Below are positions 12,234 to 24,986 of a stretch of 64,000 nt of DNA, piece after piece. This DNA is from Psammoneis japonica (Eukaryota), in contig QPGO01000016.1 in NCBI GenBank assembly GCA_008632985.1, positions 220,840 through 284,839 on the forward strand. Reading direction: 5' to 3'. How positions within the stretch are numbered: position 1 is the first letter of the stretch; each line of letters begins with the position of its first letter. The position numbers and the translations under genes were made by a program. The notes under the pieces are model-generated. The model did no database searches. It saw only the letters and a list, made by a program, of their open reading frames with translations, and had not been told where the DNA came from.

Positions 12234-13422
12234 ATGAGTTCCATTGGTTTAATTGGTGTGATTGGTGCCACAGGGGCTCAAGGAGGAAGCCTGGTGGATG
12301 CGGCCCTAAAGGGCAATCAAAAAGTGCGAGCCTTTACTCGCGATACTTCCAAAGAAAAGGCTGTAGCTCTCAAGGATGCCGGTGCAGAAGTAGTCGCCTT
12401 GGATTTGGATACGCCCGAAACTATGGAGAAGGCTTTCGAAGGCGTTACGCACTTGTTCGTTGTGTAAGTGAAGGAATCTTTGTTGTCGTGACTTGTGAAG
12501 AAGTCTGATTCAATCCGCATGTTGTGGTTTTTGGATTCTCCCTTTTCTGCCATATCTTTACATCTATCTATGCTTACTTCTCTCTCTTCATTGATTGAAT
12601 TGTAAAATGGAATACCTATAGGACGAACTTTTGGGAGAGGTACGTAGTAGTAATGGCAACCAGGCTATTGTTGTCGCTGCCTCAAAGAAAAGTATCACTC
12701 ACATTGGATCCGCTGATCTTCTTTCCTCCACTCATAGCATGTCTCCCGCCAAGGAAAAGGAGCAAGTTCAGGCCGTAGTGAAAGCCGCGGAAGCCGCAGG
12801 TGTCAAGCATTACGTCTGGTCTACGTTGGAGAACTCCAAGCCATACTACGATGCACTTCCCGAAGACAAGCGCGTTCCCAAATTGACCGGAGGCTACTAT
12901 GTGCCCCACTATGATGCCAAGGGAGAAGCGAACGCTTTCTTTCCCAAGGAGAAGACTACCTTCCTTTATACGACCTTTTATTTGGATAACTTCTACAACT
13001 TTGGTATGGTTAGTAACGGTGTCTTGTGCAACAATGTGCCACAGGACAAGCCGTACCCCGTCATGGCGGCGGCGGACATTGGCACGTGCGCGTACGGTAT
13101 CTTCGCGGCGGACAAGACTTACCTTGGGAAGGAAGTGTACGTGACCGGGGAAGTTATGACCTTTGGTGAAGTCATGAAGATTGTATCCGAGGTTACTGGT
13201 AAGGAGTACAAGCACGCGACTGTGGACCGCGCCACCTATGCTGGATTCGGCTTCCCCGGTGCCGACGATTTGGCCAACATGTTTGACTACATGTCTAGCG
13301 ACCCGAGTGTCCTGAAGAACCATACCGTGGCGGCGTCCAAAGAGCTCAATCCCGAGCTCCAGACAGTCAAGCAATGGGCCGAAACCAACAAAGAGGCCTT
13401 GTTGAAGGTCGGACCCGAATAA
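12234..13422 (+). CDS. NmrA-like NAD(P)-binding protein (NMRAL1/HSCARG-like), 3 exons
   Basis: GATGAQGGS Rossmann motif, VWSTLE, VPHYDAKGEAN and FGFPGADDLANMF. Exons 12234-12463, 12622-12639 and 12738-13422 with GT..AG introns restore FVVTNFWESMSP. Confidence 0.92.
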
Positions 13423-13569
13423 AGCTAAGTTTTAAACTCGGAACGGTCCAACTTGCAAGTTGAGACAGGTGATGAACGTGAGATCTAGCCAGATAAAACG
13501 AATGAAAAGAAATGAACGTAAACCTCTTCAAGTAGGGAACTTCTCATATCTCAGCCTGTTGAACACTTA

Positions 13570-15700
13570 TCACAGTAAAAAGCCTTTTGTTATGTGTGAT
13601 GTCGTGATCAATGAGGGTGGTGCAAGGGGATGAAGCTTGCAACTTGGCTTTTGATTGGCTGCCCCAAAGAGTTGCAGCACCAAATCTAGGTTGCCGGCTT
13701 GCTAACAACAAGACAGAGTGGCTCTTTCGTCAGTGACAGTCGTGTCATTGATGCCGGGTTCTTTCCACCGATGACAACATCTCCACAACTGGCATGTGGT
13801 GGGATGCTCAGTTTGAAGACATGGTTGATGAGCAAGCTGGTTGCAGTGTCATTCGTGCCTGACTTCATTTGAAAGGGCCGGAACATGCATGGAAATTGGA
13901 TTACAATCATTTCTGAGACAGTTGGTGTGGCTTTAAATGCTGTTTGCCTCATCTCCTTTCAACTTGATTTTCCATGCTGCGGATGTCAACACCTGCTTTT
14001 CTGTTGGGAGAAGTCATCAAGCAGCAAGGAAACACTTCATGATTTTAAGTGTCTGTGTGTCTGTTGTCACACTGTTAACAAAGGACTTGTCATCTCATTG
14101 AACACCCAGTTAAAACAGCCCCAGTTCTTCTGTTTCATGCACATTTCTTCTGGGAAGCACAATGTCATCACACCTGTCAGGTCTTCTCATGATTCGCTGA
14201 GTCCTCTTTTCTTGAAGGCTGCATTGAGCACCTTGCTCTCACAAAAGTTGCAGCCATCTTGATTGGCAGGTGGTCACAAACTGCCGCTGTTGCTGTGTGC
14301 TTGTGCAAATCAACATCAGGAATGAGCTCTCTCCCTTCTCTCTGTCTTGAATCTTCTTGAGAAGAACTGGGGAGCCTGCTGCCCAGCATGTGCTTCTTTT
14401 TGGGGAGAAGGCAACTTTGCACTGTTGGCACCATCTCATTTGCTCTGTTGGAAAAGTGTGCACATTTTGGTGTGCAAGGTCAAGTGTGTGGGAACTGACA
14501 TCCAAAATTTGCACCTGCATGCCCCCGTTGTTGGCTGCCCCCTTTTGGGCACATGCACACATGCTGAAAGTGTCCTCAATTGGCCTGTCTTTTTTTCTCT
14601 TTTGATCACTCTTCCAAAGAGCAGTGAAAAGACATGAGAAAGGTGAGGCAGTTGGCAGTTTGTTTGTTGCTGCTCATGCCTCTTTGCCACCTTCTGGCCC
14701 TGCTGCCCAGGAGTTCCTCTTGGTGGTTTTTTTCAGGTGAAGGCATCTTCAGCACTGACAGAGCCTTTCCACTCTGTTTTGGCATTTGAGGTTGAGTGCG
14801 CAGGAACTGCAATTAGAAGCAGGAGCTTGCAAGCACACAAGACTGCTTCTGATGTGTGCAACAGCCAAGAGTGACTGTGTGGGTGCTGGCGCACCCCAGA
14901 CAAGAGGCACATGTCCGGCCACGTGCAGGCAGCTCTGAGTTCATGAAAAAAGGAAGATGAAAAGGAGGAGGAGAGAGAGAGAGAGGGCAACAGTTCAAGC
15001 TTCCTTGTGATGGCCAGACAAATGTTGCACCTCAGGCCTGCCTGCCCCTGACACATCTCAAAAAACAACCATGGTGGCAGCAACAGCCACTGCTCAATTT
15101 TGTTGACAAAGCTTTTCTGCTCAGTCAGATGGCATCGGCCGTCCATCCAGTCTTGAGTGGTGGTTGTCACCCAGCCACCAGTGTCAACTGGTGTTGTCTG
15201 GCCAGTCTTGAGTGGCATGTCATCTCAAGGAGCAGTGGCAAATGTCCAGTCTCGACTGGCATCATCCAGCCAGTCTCAAGTGGCACGCCCTCTCAGCCAG
15301 CACACACATCTGGTCTCAGGTGGCATCGCCCAGCCAGTCTCAAGTGGCATCACCTGGAAAGTCTCCAGTGGTGTGGAGGCTGTGGCTCAGACAGATTGGC
15401 TGCTTCTTTTGATGTTGTCATGCTGAAAGTCAATGCCAACTTGTTTTTCCTCGAAACAGCTTGATGAGCCAAGGAAGCAGGGCGGGCTCTCTCTTTCTTG
15501 TCACCATGCTGTGCAATGTGTGTGCCAGATCATTTCCACTTGCTTGTCATCATAGAAATGGAATTGTGTCATCATGGGATTCTACACAAGTTCCAGCACA
15601 TGTCCCACACACTCATGGAGTGCCACCCACAGCTGGACGATTGCCGGACGAGCGAGAGAGGAAATGAACGAAGTGAATCTTGATTTTTGTCAATGATCCA
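13570..15700. mobile_element. Decayed repeat/TE block 3, including a short CCAGTCTCAAGTGGCA-type minisatellite (15140-15370)
   Basis: CG/TA depleted. CCAGTCT(C/T)(A/G)AGTGG-like motif recurs at ~15147, 15202, 15246, 15270, 15334 and 15361. Confidence 0.6.
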
Positions 15701-16107
15701 GACACGCAACGCTCGAAAAATTTTTGTTTCATGTGACAACATAAACTTTGACACGACAAACATTCTCTTTACTCCGTAGTTGCACTGTCCCGCTCCCTGC
15801 TCATGGCCATGGCGTTGCGATGCCGGCAGCAGGCATGTGTGCTGGGTGCGCTGAGAGATTAAAATAAAAAAATGGACGATGCGTGGAGTAGCACGATCGT
15901 CTAAGCTTGATACGTGCACCAACTGCGCCTAAATAACTAACGCGAAACTTTCTTCGAACTTCAATGCAACGTAGAAACGGTCCACGACACGTAGATTTCT
16001 ACGTGTCTTGTACTTCCACGGCGCCTCCATTGCAGACAGAATCATCTCCTTCTCGTTCGTTCGAGTGCCTCACAATTTCTGAATTGCTCGTCAGTTCACA
16101 GTCCACC

Positions 16108-17136
16108 ATGAAAATCATGAACTTTGTCCTTGCCATCATTGCCGCCATGAGCGCTGGTGCCATCATCAGCCCTATCTCTGTCTCGTTTGTTGATACGGCA
16201 AAGCGCTGCGTTAGCGCCTTGTCGATCAAGGCAACCGCGGCGACCGACAGCCTCGCCACGATCAACCAAGAGCTCCTACGCAAGTTTTTGGACAACACCC
16301 GTTACTCAGATATCGAAACTACCTCCAGCTACTACCATAACATCATCACCAACGACGCTCCCAGCACTGTTCCCTTCGAAAACGCCATCATCATTTCCAG
16401 CTTTTGCGTTTATTTTGACGACGGCGACAAGTCTCCGAGTCGCGTCCAAGACCTCCTACGCAATATCACGCCCACGATTGTACCAGCAGAAGACGCCAAC
16501 GAGTATTGTGTCTATGAATATTTTGTTCAGGACAACAATGGCGACTCCAACGGCAGCCTCCAGCAACTCTTTCACAACACTACTCCCGACAGTACGGTTG
16601 AGACCAAGTCAGTCCCGTTCCAAGATACGTTCACGATATTTTTGGAGATCCAGTCGGCCTTCTTGTCGGACACGTACAGCATCTTTTCGGATATCAAGTC
16701 GGAAGCATTTCAGCTTTGGTGGAAACTTGTAGACGTAATTTCGAACGACGTCATCACGCAAATCCAGACTCAGGCACACGTTCTGCAGGAACGCGATAAT
16801 TTTTTGCCGTTTCGGAACCCAATCTTGTCTAACCATCTCTCTGAGATCAAATCGAGTGTTGGACACTGGGGAAAGAAAGTTTTGGAGATAGCAAAGACTC
16901 GGGCGAACCCAATTTTGTCTGACTTTCGCTCTACCATGGAGTGGAAAGCCAAATATTGGGGGACGAGAGTTTTAGATACGTCGATTCATGTGATGAACGT
17001 TATTCAAGATTCCGTGCCAATTTCGAAACCCCGTGAAGGACCCGAGAATGCTGTTGAGGTTCCGGCACCTGCCATTGAAAGTTGGCTCACGATTTTGAAA
17101 CAAATCAGGCTCGCCTTTCGAATCGGCGTTTTTTAA
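16108..17136 (+). CDS. Hypothetical secreted protein
   Basis: Long ORF with normal CG/TA content. N-terminal signal-like MKIMNFVLAIIAAMSAGA. Internal repeats NPILSNHLSEIKS / NPILSDFRS and HWGKKVLE / YWGTRVLD. Confidence 0.6.
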   Translation: MKIMNFVLAIIAAMSAGAIISPISVSFVDTAKRCVSALSIKATAATDSLATINQELLRKFLDNTRYSDIETTSSYYHNIITNDAPSTVPFENAIIISSFCVYFDDGDKSPSRVQDLLRNITPTIVPAEDANEYCVYEYFVQDNNGDSNGSLQQLFHNTTPDSTVETKSVPFQDTFTIFLEIQSAFLSDTYSIFSDIKSEAFQLWWKLVDVISNDVITQIQTQAHVLQERDNFLPFRNPILSNHLSEIKSSVGHWGKKVLEIAKTRANPILSDFRSTMEWKAKYWGTRVLDTSIHVMNVIQDSVPISKPREGPENAVEVPAPAIESWLTILKQIRLAFRIGVF

Positions 17137-17502
17137 GTGCCCGTAAGCATTGGATATCATGTGGGAGAAAAATGCAGTCAAGACGTTAGTGAGTCTCGAT
17201 TAGCATCGAGGGGATATATGTTATTAGTTAGCTTCGAGCAGAAAGTATAGTACAACAAATCAATTATCGTTCGCATTTCTACCGTACTGGTAGAGTTTGC
17301 CACTTCGTCTACCATCCTAACAGCACTACTTATGTAGCTATCTCTACCGAGACAGAGTAGCAGACTGATAGCTAGAACTGGAAGCCGCCATCTAGCTAGT
17401 TGTGCAGGTCGTATTCATAATTGCCAGCATCCCATCATGGGCGCATCATGTAGTGAAAGTGAAACGGGGTGCTACTGGATTCCCTGAGTATTCCGAAGCA
17501 CA

Positions 17503-18714
17503 TCACTTCTCTCGTTTGAAAATGTCTGGATTTTCTCGCAAAAAGTAGAATTGCAATTCCGGCTGCGAACATCTGTGCAAAACGAGCGGCCAAATGGCAC
17601 TTGGTAGATCCGGGTATCGAAGCAAACCTCGGCCATTTCTGTTTAATTCGGTGTAAAATTCAATTTCTTGCGATAGCCTGTTGTCGAACTGGTTCCCTTC
17701 AATTCCAACGCGCTCTAGGATCGTATTCGTTTCTCTTAGACACGAGGCCACCGCAATCGCCCCCATTGAACCGATTCGATTGCTATGCAAACGCAACTTT
17801 GCGAGCAATGGTTCCTGTCGAAGCGCTTGGGCGAGTAAAACGGCACCATCGTCACCAATCCGGTTAGCTCCTAAACATAGACTCGCAAGCGCCGACGTGC
17901 ATAAAGAACGGAAGCTGCTCCATCAGCGCCAATCCCGTTCTGTCCCACCCCGAGACATTTCAAAGTCCTGTTGTGTGCAAGTCCATTTGCAATTGCAGTT
18001 AGACCCTCATTACCAATTTCATTGCCAAAGAGCAGCAGATGAGTCAAGGTACGGTTGGTTTGTAACAGTGTTGCCAATGCAAAGCAACCTTGAGGGCCGA
18101 CCCGATTTCGACACAAGCCCAGATGCTCCAGTCCAGTGTTGTTTCGGAGCCCGTTTGCAATAGAACCTACTCCATCATCTGAAATTCGGTTGAGACCCAA
18201 TTCCAGGTTTTTCAAAGTATGGTTGACCGAGAGGGCGGCACCAAGTGCCGTAGCCCCGTCATCATCAATTTGGTTCTGACTTAGAACAAGCTTTGTAAGG
18301 CAAGCATTCTCAGCGAGTCGAGGCGCGAACGAAATGATTCCAATTGACCTTATCTGATTTTCATGCAAAATAAGGGTTCTCAAAGTGGTGTTTCCATCCA
18401 AAAGCACACCTATCATGAATGCTCCTTGGAACCGAATGTTGTTGCTTGTTGCGGGAAAGATGAAGTGTTTCGACTCGAGGCATCGTGCGCCGTAAACCCT
18501 CTACCAGTACTCGAACTCCATTGTCTCCCAACTCTTTATCACGAAGCCTCAATTCTTGAAGAGGACTGTCGTGAAGTGCATCAGCGATTACCTTAGCTTG
18601 CTCCTCCCCCTTGCTTCGAAAGTACAATTCTAATTGCAATCGTTGCTCGCGTGTGTATGCGGCTTCCAGCTCTTCTGTAGCAACTAATTCATCGTTTCTC
18701 CAGGCAACCGACAT
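17503..18714 (-). CDS. RNI-like (NLRC3-type) leucine-rich repeat protein (frameshifted)
   Basis: 28-aa LRRs of the form LxxLxLxxNxIxDxGAxAL...N. Diatom-type C-terminus LNRNGRGLL...IWPLVL...FYFLRE. Frame breaks near 18440 and 17905. Confidence 0.82.
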
Positions 18715-19138
18715 GGCTTCGAAGGTCGCTATATGGAAGAAGAGTGATGGAGTTCCCTTGTTTCTGTTTTTGGTCAAGACAGGCAAAGGTCGACACACCT
18801 CATGGCTCATGGTGCGCACGCGCACGCCAAAGTTTCTCTGGAAAAGATCAATACATAGTATTTTAATGAGCATATAAAAATTGATCAATCCAGACACTCA
18901 ACGCTCGAAAAATCTTCATTACTTATATACAATACCCGATACTTATAAAGTCCGTTTCGCGTTTGACTGTCAGCAATACAGAGGTTTCACTCACAAAATA
19001 TTTTTGTATCTCAAAATTGCTCAAAATTCGAGGACTTGTTCCCTCTCACAAAAAATTCACCTCGTCGGTTGGTCTCGTCACTTCCGTAAACGACAGGCAC
19101 TTGTCTCATTTCGCACAATAACACCTTTTCCAGGGACA

Positions 19139-20578
19139 ATGAGAAGAGTTGCCGTCACTCCATGGGTATTGCTCCAGTTTGTGCTTTCTACCATGTTTGC
19201 CAAACAAAGTTTTTGTGTGGTTTTCCTGTTGACTACTAGTCCTTGTGTGACTGGCTTCTCCCATGAACGATCAGAACCGGAGAAAACGATTGGTGCTATC
19301 AATCATGTAAGGCTGCAAGAAAAACAAGTATTGCAGAAAGAGAAGAAGAAGAATGAAAAGGGTGCTAAGAACAACGGTAAGGAAACGAAAGAGAAGGGAG
19401 CGAAAAACGGTGCGCCGCCGACAAGAGCACCGAAAGCATTTCAGCCACGAACAATCTCACCTACAGTAGCACAATCACAATCGTCCGTGACCCAGTCACC
19501 GTCATCTGAATCCACTGTAGGGCCGACACTTCCAATGACTCACCCACCTACTCTTTCTCCGACCCAAGAAAAGCTTGATATCTACGCCTTTTTGATAAAG
19601 AACGATAACGCAATCACAGTAGAGTTTTCAGTGTGGAACCCAAATGATATTATAAAGGCCGAAAGGAACAAAAGAGCTTTTAACCCCCTGGCTCATACAA
19701 TCCTGAGTGCTACTCGCACCGTTCTATGTCAGGGTACGGACCTAGTTCCGATTTCAAATCCTCATGAAAAGATCAATGATTGGATCAGCTATTGCGACTC
19801 GGAAGCTTCCGTGCAGGGTGCTTCATTGGTTTCAAATGAACTATCCTATGAGGTGGTGGAAAGAGAAACCGATGATATGGAGTGGTCCTCATGGGGCATT
19901 ATTATTCCAGTACTGAAAGTTGGGAAGCACTACCTTGATGCCGCTTTGGACAATGTCCGGCAGTCCTTTCTCGAGAATGAAACGACCTTTCGTCAAGAGA
20001 AAATCCTTGAGGAGCTCCTGAGAGAATCTCTTGTTCTCATGCAAAACACAGTGGACGAGGCCATGTCTACCTATATTACCAATGGGCATTTGGACAAACT
20101 CATTGGAAACGAGGTCCTCACCAGCAAGATTGGACAGGAAGCAGGCACATTCCCGATTTCGCCCAGTGTACAAGAAGAGGTTTTCCCCGAACAACTCCAT
20201 GTCAATACGTGGCATGGCATGCGAGTGTTTGGGATTGTTATGTTTTGCTTGCTACTGGTTTTCATTGTAGTTATTTCCGTTGTGGCTGCAAAAACAAAGG
20301 AGAGACGCCACGCGGAGATGATCCAACGCAACAAGATGCGTGGTGGATTGGCAACGGAAGAAGGTTTGGGCCTCATCCTTGACAACTCTAGAGAACTAGG
20401 AGGTGTCACCAGGAGCATAATTTCAAGCGACGAAAAGGTCGTATTGGGACCACCGCCAGCTTTGGAAGCCGGTTTTGAAGACCATAGCGCTGACTACGGC
20501 GGTGGTGAAGAGAGCTGCGACGAGGAAGCACTCAACAACTTCATGCCGTCCAAATACCAAGTCACTGAACCCATTTGA
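19139..20578 (+). CDS. Single-pass membrane protein with Lys-rich and Pro/Thr/Ser segments; paralog of 9961..11600
   Basis: Intact ORF. Hydrophobic N-terminus, RLQEK..KKKNEK, PT linker, TM MRVFGIVMFCLLLVFIVVISVVAA and cytosolic LATEEGLGLIL. Confidence 0.75.
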   Translation: MRRVAVTPWVLLQFVLSTMFAKQSFCVVFLLTTSPCVTGFSHERSEPEKTIGAINHVRLQEKQVLQKEKKKNEKGAKNNGKETKEKGAKNGAPPTRAPKAFQPRTISPTVAQSQSSVTQSPSSESTVGPTLPMTHPPTLSPTQEKLDIYAFLIKNDNAITVEFSVWNPNDIIKAERNKRAFNPLAHTILSATRTVLCQGTDLVPISNPHEKINDWISYCDSEASVQGASLVSNELSYEVVERETDDMEWSSWGIIIPVLKVGKHYLDAALDNVRQSFLENETTFRQEKILEELLRESLVLMQNTVDEAMSTYITNGHLDKLIGNEVLTSKIGQEAGTFPISPSVQEEVFPEQLHVNTWHGMRVFGIVMFCLLLVFIVVISVVAAKTKERRHAEMIQRNKMRGGLATEEGLGLILDNSRELGGVTRSIISSDEKVVLGPPPALEAGFEDHSADYGGGEESCDEEALNNFMPSKYQVTEPI

Positions 20579-20733
20579 GCCACAAGCATTCGGCGTAGCC
20601 AATTTCCCAGAAAACTTAGTTGTCAATGTATTACATACTATTTTTTGGAAACGAAAAGAGACTTTGGAAATCATAACTTATATCATCTGTTTACAGTCGT
20701 CCACTCTTACTCAATGGCATTTCATTTCATGTG

Positions 20734-22105
20734 TTACAACAAAACAATTCCAACTTTATTGCTCTTCATAGGGGGACAAGACCAGTTGTATAGATAATAT
20801 TGCAAGAATCCATCTCCATACCCGAATTTCAATTCCTGCAGAAACTCGTCATTGTCCATGAGATCCAAGGCATTAAAGACATCCGATCCGCCGTTGCGTG
20901 CCATTATCAAGGCGTCTCGAATCAAGTCTTCCCAAGAAACCGTATTGGCGACATTGTAAAACGAGTATGCCGCAAAGAGCGTATCGTCCCGATGCAAAAT
21001 GGACGATGGCAAATGATAAAAGCTCACCAAATCGGTCGCCTTGTTTTCGTCGTTTACCAACACGTACGAATTCACCACGCCTTCGCGGGGCAAGAGCCAG
21101 TGCGCAATCTCATCGGGCGTAAAGAGAATAGTGAGATTGAATTTACGCAAGTATGCTGTAAGCAGCTTGTGCACGTCGTTGACATCGTCCGGTTCCATGG
21201 GTCGCAAATTCTCCAAGAGCGGCTCGGAGGGGAGTTTGTACATTTTCACCATTCTCGCCATTGTCATTTTCTTACGCAGCTGACTAAAGCCGACATCGAC
21301 CAGCTTTTTCGTATTGAGCGAGCGATGGTGATAGCGAGAACTCGACAGGGGCACGGGCAAGACGACACCGGCCGTGTAGACAGCTTGAAAGGTTCCCGTG
21401 TGATTGACACGGCGAGTAATTTCCTTGATGAGAACGGGTGCCAACCGTTTGGAACGGAGTTTCTTGTGCACACAAAGAAAATTAATCTCCGCCACATTAG
21501 TTTCCTTTTCGTAGATACGAACTCGGGCGGGAACACCGGAAATAAAGGCCAAGAGTTTGCCCTTGGTCGATCGGACACCCAAGAGCAAATCGAGAGAATA
21601 GCCCGGAGGAGTCAGCGCCCACAAGAGGAAATCGGACGAGTAGTCAAAGCGAAACAAGCAATCGTCGTCTTCGACATAGTTCTTGGCGAGCAAGTCGTAC
21701 AGGTCGGCGCGGTCCTTGTCGTTGGTCACATCGACGTTGCACCACTCAAAGCCAGCAGGCAGACTGTAAGGATCGGGACGCAATTCCTCCTTGGGAACGT
21801 CCGGTTCAATCGGTCCCTCGGGACGGTCCTTGTCGTCTGGATGAGGCATGGGCTGAGCATAACACATATTATTAAGAAAAGAAGTGTGAGAATCAGAGGC
21901 TTACGACGATTGGATGAAAAAGTAGCTTTGCACAACACACCTGAGTATCCCAGAACGCGTGGCTTGCATCCTTCTCTTCTGTTGCAGCTGATGCCGTCTC
22001 GGTTATCGCTGCGTTTTTCTTGAGCACTTCAATAATAGCCTGTTCTGTTGGTGTAAGTTCACGAGGCTTATCGCCATTGTCGTTGCCACCTCCGGCCGAC
22101 GCCAT
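20734..22105 (-). CDS. NMT: Glycylpeptide N-myristoyltransferase
   Basis: HAFWDTQ|PMP across intron 21853-21940. NYVEDDD, FRFDYS, EINFLCVHKKLRSKRLAPVLIKEITRRVN, KFGYGDG and C-terminal GIVLL. Confidence 0.97.
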
Positions 22106-22287
22106 TTTGTAATAAAAGAGATCTTATACTCGAAATGAGGACAGCAGCAGCACATGCAGCATGCAGCAACATCCGCAACAACATATATAAAAACACGAGG
22201 AGTCGCCCTTCCCGCCAAAAACGGATGGAAGGAGAGACTGACCCCAACGCTCCGTCTAACTGTCCATCCGTCTTTCGAAATAGTTTG

Positions 22288-22304
22288 TGACGTAAAAATG
22301 ACGT
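22288..22304. promoter_or_regulatory. Tandem TGACGT bZIP/aureochrome-type sites
   Basis: TGACGT at 22288 and 22299 in the divergent NMT / CIA30-like intergenic region. Confidence 0.4.
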
Positions 22305-22449
22305 TTCATGGCATTTGGATTTTTAGCGGGAAACGATGCTCACTTTTTCACGACTGACTCATTGTTGTTGCCGATACCTTACACTTCTCGTGCCCATCGC
22401 GGCGAGACTTGCCACAATCTTTGCTTTATCATTTCTGATAGTTGCAATC

Positions 22450-23133
22450 ATGTTTGATTCGTATCGATTTCTCGTCCTCTCTTCCCTCCTTGTCACCGCC
22501 GTTCACGGTTTGGCGGCAAACCAGAGATGGAACCCCTTTCGGTTTGTACAGCAATCGTCCAAATTCGTGTCTCTTCCGGGATCCCGGCCGGCATCGACCG
22601 TTGACATTCGACCCGGAGACGTCTTGTGGGAACCCTCGTTAAAAGGTGCTGACTTTGGGTTTTCTCCACTGGACGATGTCGTCATGGGAGGAGTGTCGTC
22701 CAGTAACTTTGATGCGGCAACCGGTATTTGGAGGGGATCCGTCACGGACGCCAACAATGGAGGGTTTATTGGGATTCGATCGACACCCAACTTTAAATAC
22801 GACATGAGTCAATGCAAGGGCATTCAAGTCAAGGTGAAATCGCCCTCTGTAAAGCGATTTAAATTTGGAACAAGGGATTCGACCGATTTTAATGGAATCG
22901 TGTGGGTCACGAGTTTGGATACCAAGCCAAACTCCATTACAACATGGCGAGTGCCGCTGGATAAGCAAATTCCAACGCTCTTTGCCAATAAGGTTCCGGA
23001 TAAAGTGTTTGATAAGAGCAATGTGGCTGGATTTCAAATTGCGCACTCCAAGTTTGAATACGAAGGAGAGCTGAACCCCAAGTTTGAAGTGGGGGATGTT
23101 CAATTGCAATTGCTAGAGATTCGAGCATATTAG
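22450..23133 (+). CDS. CIA30/NDUFAF1-like domain protein, probably plastid-targeted
   Basis: Signal peptide, WNPFRF, LDDVVMGGVSSS, ANNGGFIGIRS and SKFEYEGELNPKF. Confidence 0.85.
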   Translation: MFDSYRFLVLSSLLVTAVHGLAANQRWNPFRFVQQSSKFVSLPGSRPASTVDIRPGDVLWEPSLKGADFGFSPLDDVVMGGVSSSNFDAATGIWRGSVTDANNGGFIGIRSTPNFKYDMSQCKGIQVKVKSPSVKRFKFGTRDSTDFNGIVWVTSLDTKPNSITTWRVPLDKQIPTLFANKVPDKVFDKSNVAGFQIAHSKFEYEGELNPKFEVGDVQLQLLEIRAY

Positions 23134-23256
23134 AACCCGAGACCAATCCCAAGCTAGACCTAAAACGATAGAAACACATGGATAGTAAAACTATAGTGCG
23201 TTTAAAATAACCGATCTCTATTATTTGTAGACTGTGACGGAGGACCGCTTGATTTA

Positions 23257-24690
23257 TTAACTAATCGATTGGTAGTTATTGGTTTGCGTGTGATGCGCCT
23301 CCGCGTCACATTCGCTACAAACGTCCCAAAAGTCATTGAGATAAAAGAAACCGACGAATCGAAACAACCCCATGAGTGCCACTTGGCACACAACATCTAA
23401 CAAGGAACTTTCGGGACTCATGCCCGCCGTTAAAGTTGACAGCATCCAACCCTCGAGTCCAAAGTACACAACGTACTTGGGATTTGTCCGTGTACCTTCC
23501 CGAACCATGACACGTGCCACACTGAAACAGGCCATACGCATGTTCGCGACAAGAAATAAGTACAATCACACGAAGTGACAAAAAAAGAATGATTGGATTG
23601 ACTCACTCTTCTGGCTTGACCAAGCCCAAGGTTTGCGAGATCATATTACAAGCCTTTGGTTTTGATTGCTGCTCAATTCGATATCCAGGTGTGTCTAAGC
23701 AAACAGGAAACAATCGTGTCAGTTATCTGCGTTTTGCAAGAGTCGTTTTTCACATGCACATAATCCCTTACCCGTGTCTGGAGGAAACGAAAGCTGCACG
23801 TTAACGTCCTTACAAAGTCTAAAAGAGAAAAGAAAATGCGGTAACGACAGAAAAAGGATGCGATGAGTGATAGACAGAGATGAAAGATTCAAGCCTTGCT
23901 TTCTTTAGGAAGCTCACAGTTCCATGTGTAGGGATTCAGCAAACCCTTTTAATGCTGCAGTGGTTAACGGGTGGACAATTTTTATCAGACACATCATTTC
24001 CAAAATGATTTCTGAGAGAGTCATTGTGCTTACCAAATTTTGGGCCAGAGTACGCTGTATAGCCATAGATTCCAACCTGTCCCGCTGCACTCAAGGTTAG
24101 CACAATTGTACCTCGTTTCATGTAGGGCAAGAAGGCATGAACCGTGTGGACCGCTCCAAGGTAATTCAAACGAGATTGCTTGGCAAACGCATCCGGCGAA
24201 AGTTTCCCAAAGTGGCCTGGAGTAGCTTCCCCCGCACACAAAAACAAATACATACTGCAGTTGTTCCGGTTGTTGCCCTTTTCACATATTTTTGATGCAG
24301 CCTCTTGAACTGCCGCAGCGTCGGTAACATCCACCGAAACAGCATCAACTTTCTGGGCCGACGATTCCTTTTCAAGCAATTCTTTTGCTTTGTTCAGTTT
24401 GTCTTGATTTCGCGCTATAATTGTGACTCGATCAAACCCAGACGCGACGCATTCTTTTGCAATCGACAAGCCGATTCCACTCGATCCTCCCGTAATAATG
24501 GCGTGCATTGTATGTTCATTCTTATCCGCATTCACATCGTCGCTGTCGATGGAGAATCGATTCTTTCGAAAACCATGAGAGAAAGCGGTGGCAAAGCCAG
24601 CAGCATTACCAGTGGCGCCACAAGTGCGAGCAAGAGTAATACAGGAAGAGACAAGGCATACGCCGCAAGCCTCTCCATCTTTCGCTTCAT
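23257..24690 (-). CDS. KDSR: 3-ketodihydrosphingosine reductase (SDR family), multi-exon
   Basis: N-terminal TM, HAIITGGSSGIG, GIYGYTAYSGPKF|ALKGFAESLHME and QLSFPPDT|DTPGY. Several GT-AG introns. One missing T in a homopolymer near 24570. 3' exon limits approximate. Confidence 0.85.
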
Positions 24691-24986
24691 GGTGTTGTCA
24701 TGGCCGAAGTTTCTTTTTTGTCTCCCCCGAGCCCCGAGTTGCCGAGCGAGTTGGATCTCCGCGCGGAAGCGCATAGCGCGCACAGAATGACGTCATCAGA
24801 AGTCCAAACACCTAAACAGCATCAATGTCAATTTTTCAAAAGTTCCATCCAACATTACACGCAACACGACGAACACCCACGCAGACGACCATAAAACAAC
24901 GACCAACTAAGACCACGGCGAATTCTCATATCTCAATTCTCTATCCCGATTGCAGCCCCAATGACATAAAAGCCAGTATTCACCAC

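Noticed and set aside
12682..13374. 230-aa minus-strand ORF
   Set aside because: Antisense shadow of the NmrA-like gene.
20800..22023. 407-aa plus-strand ORF
   Set aside because: Antisense shadow of NMT.
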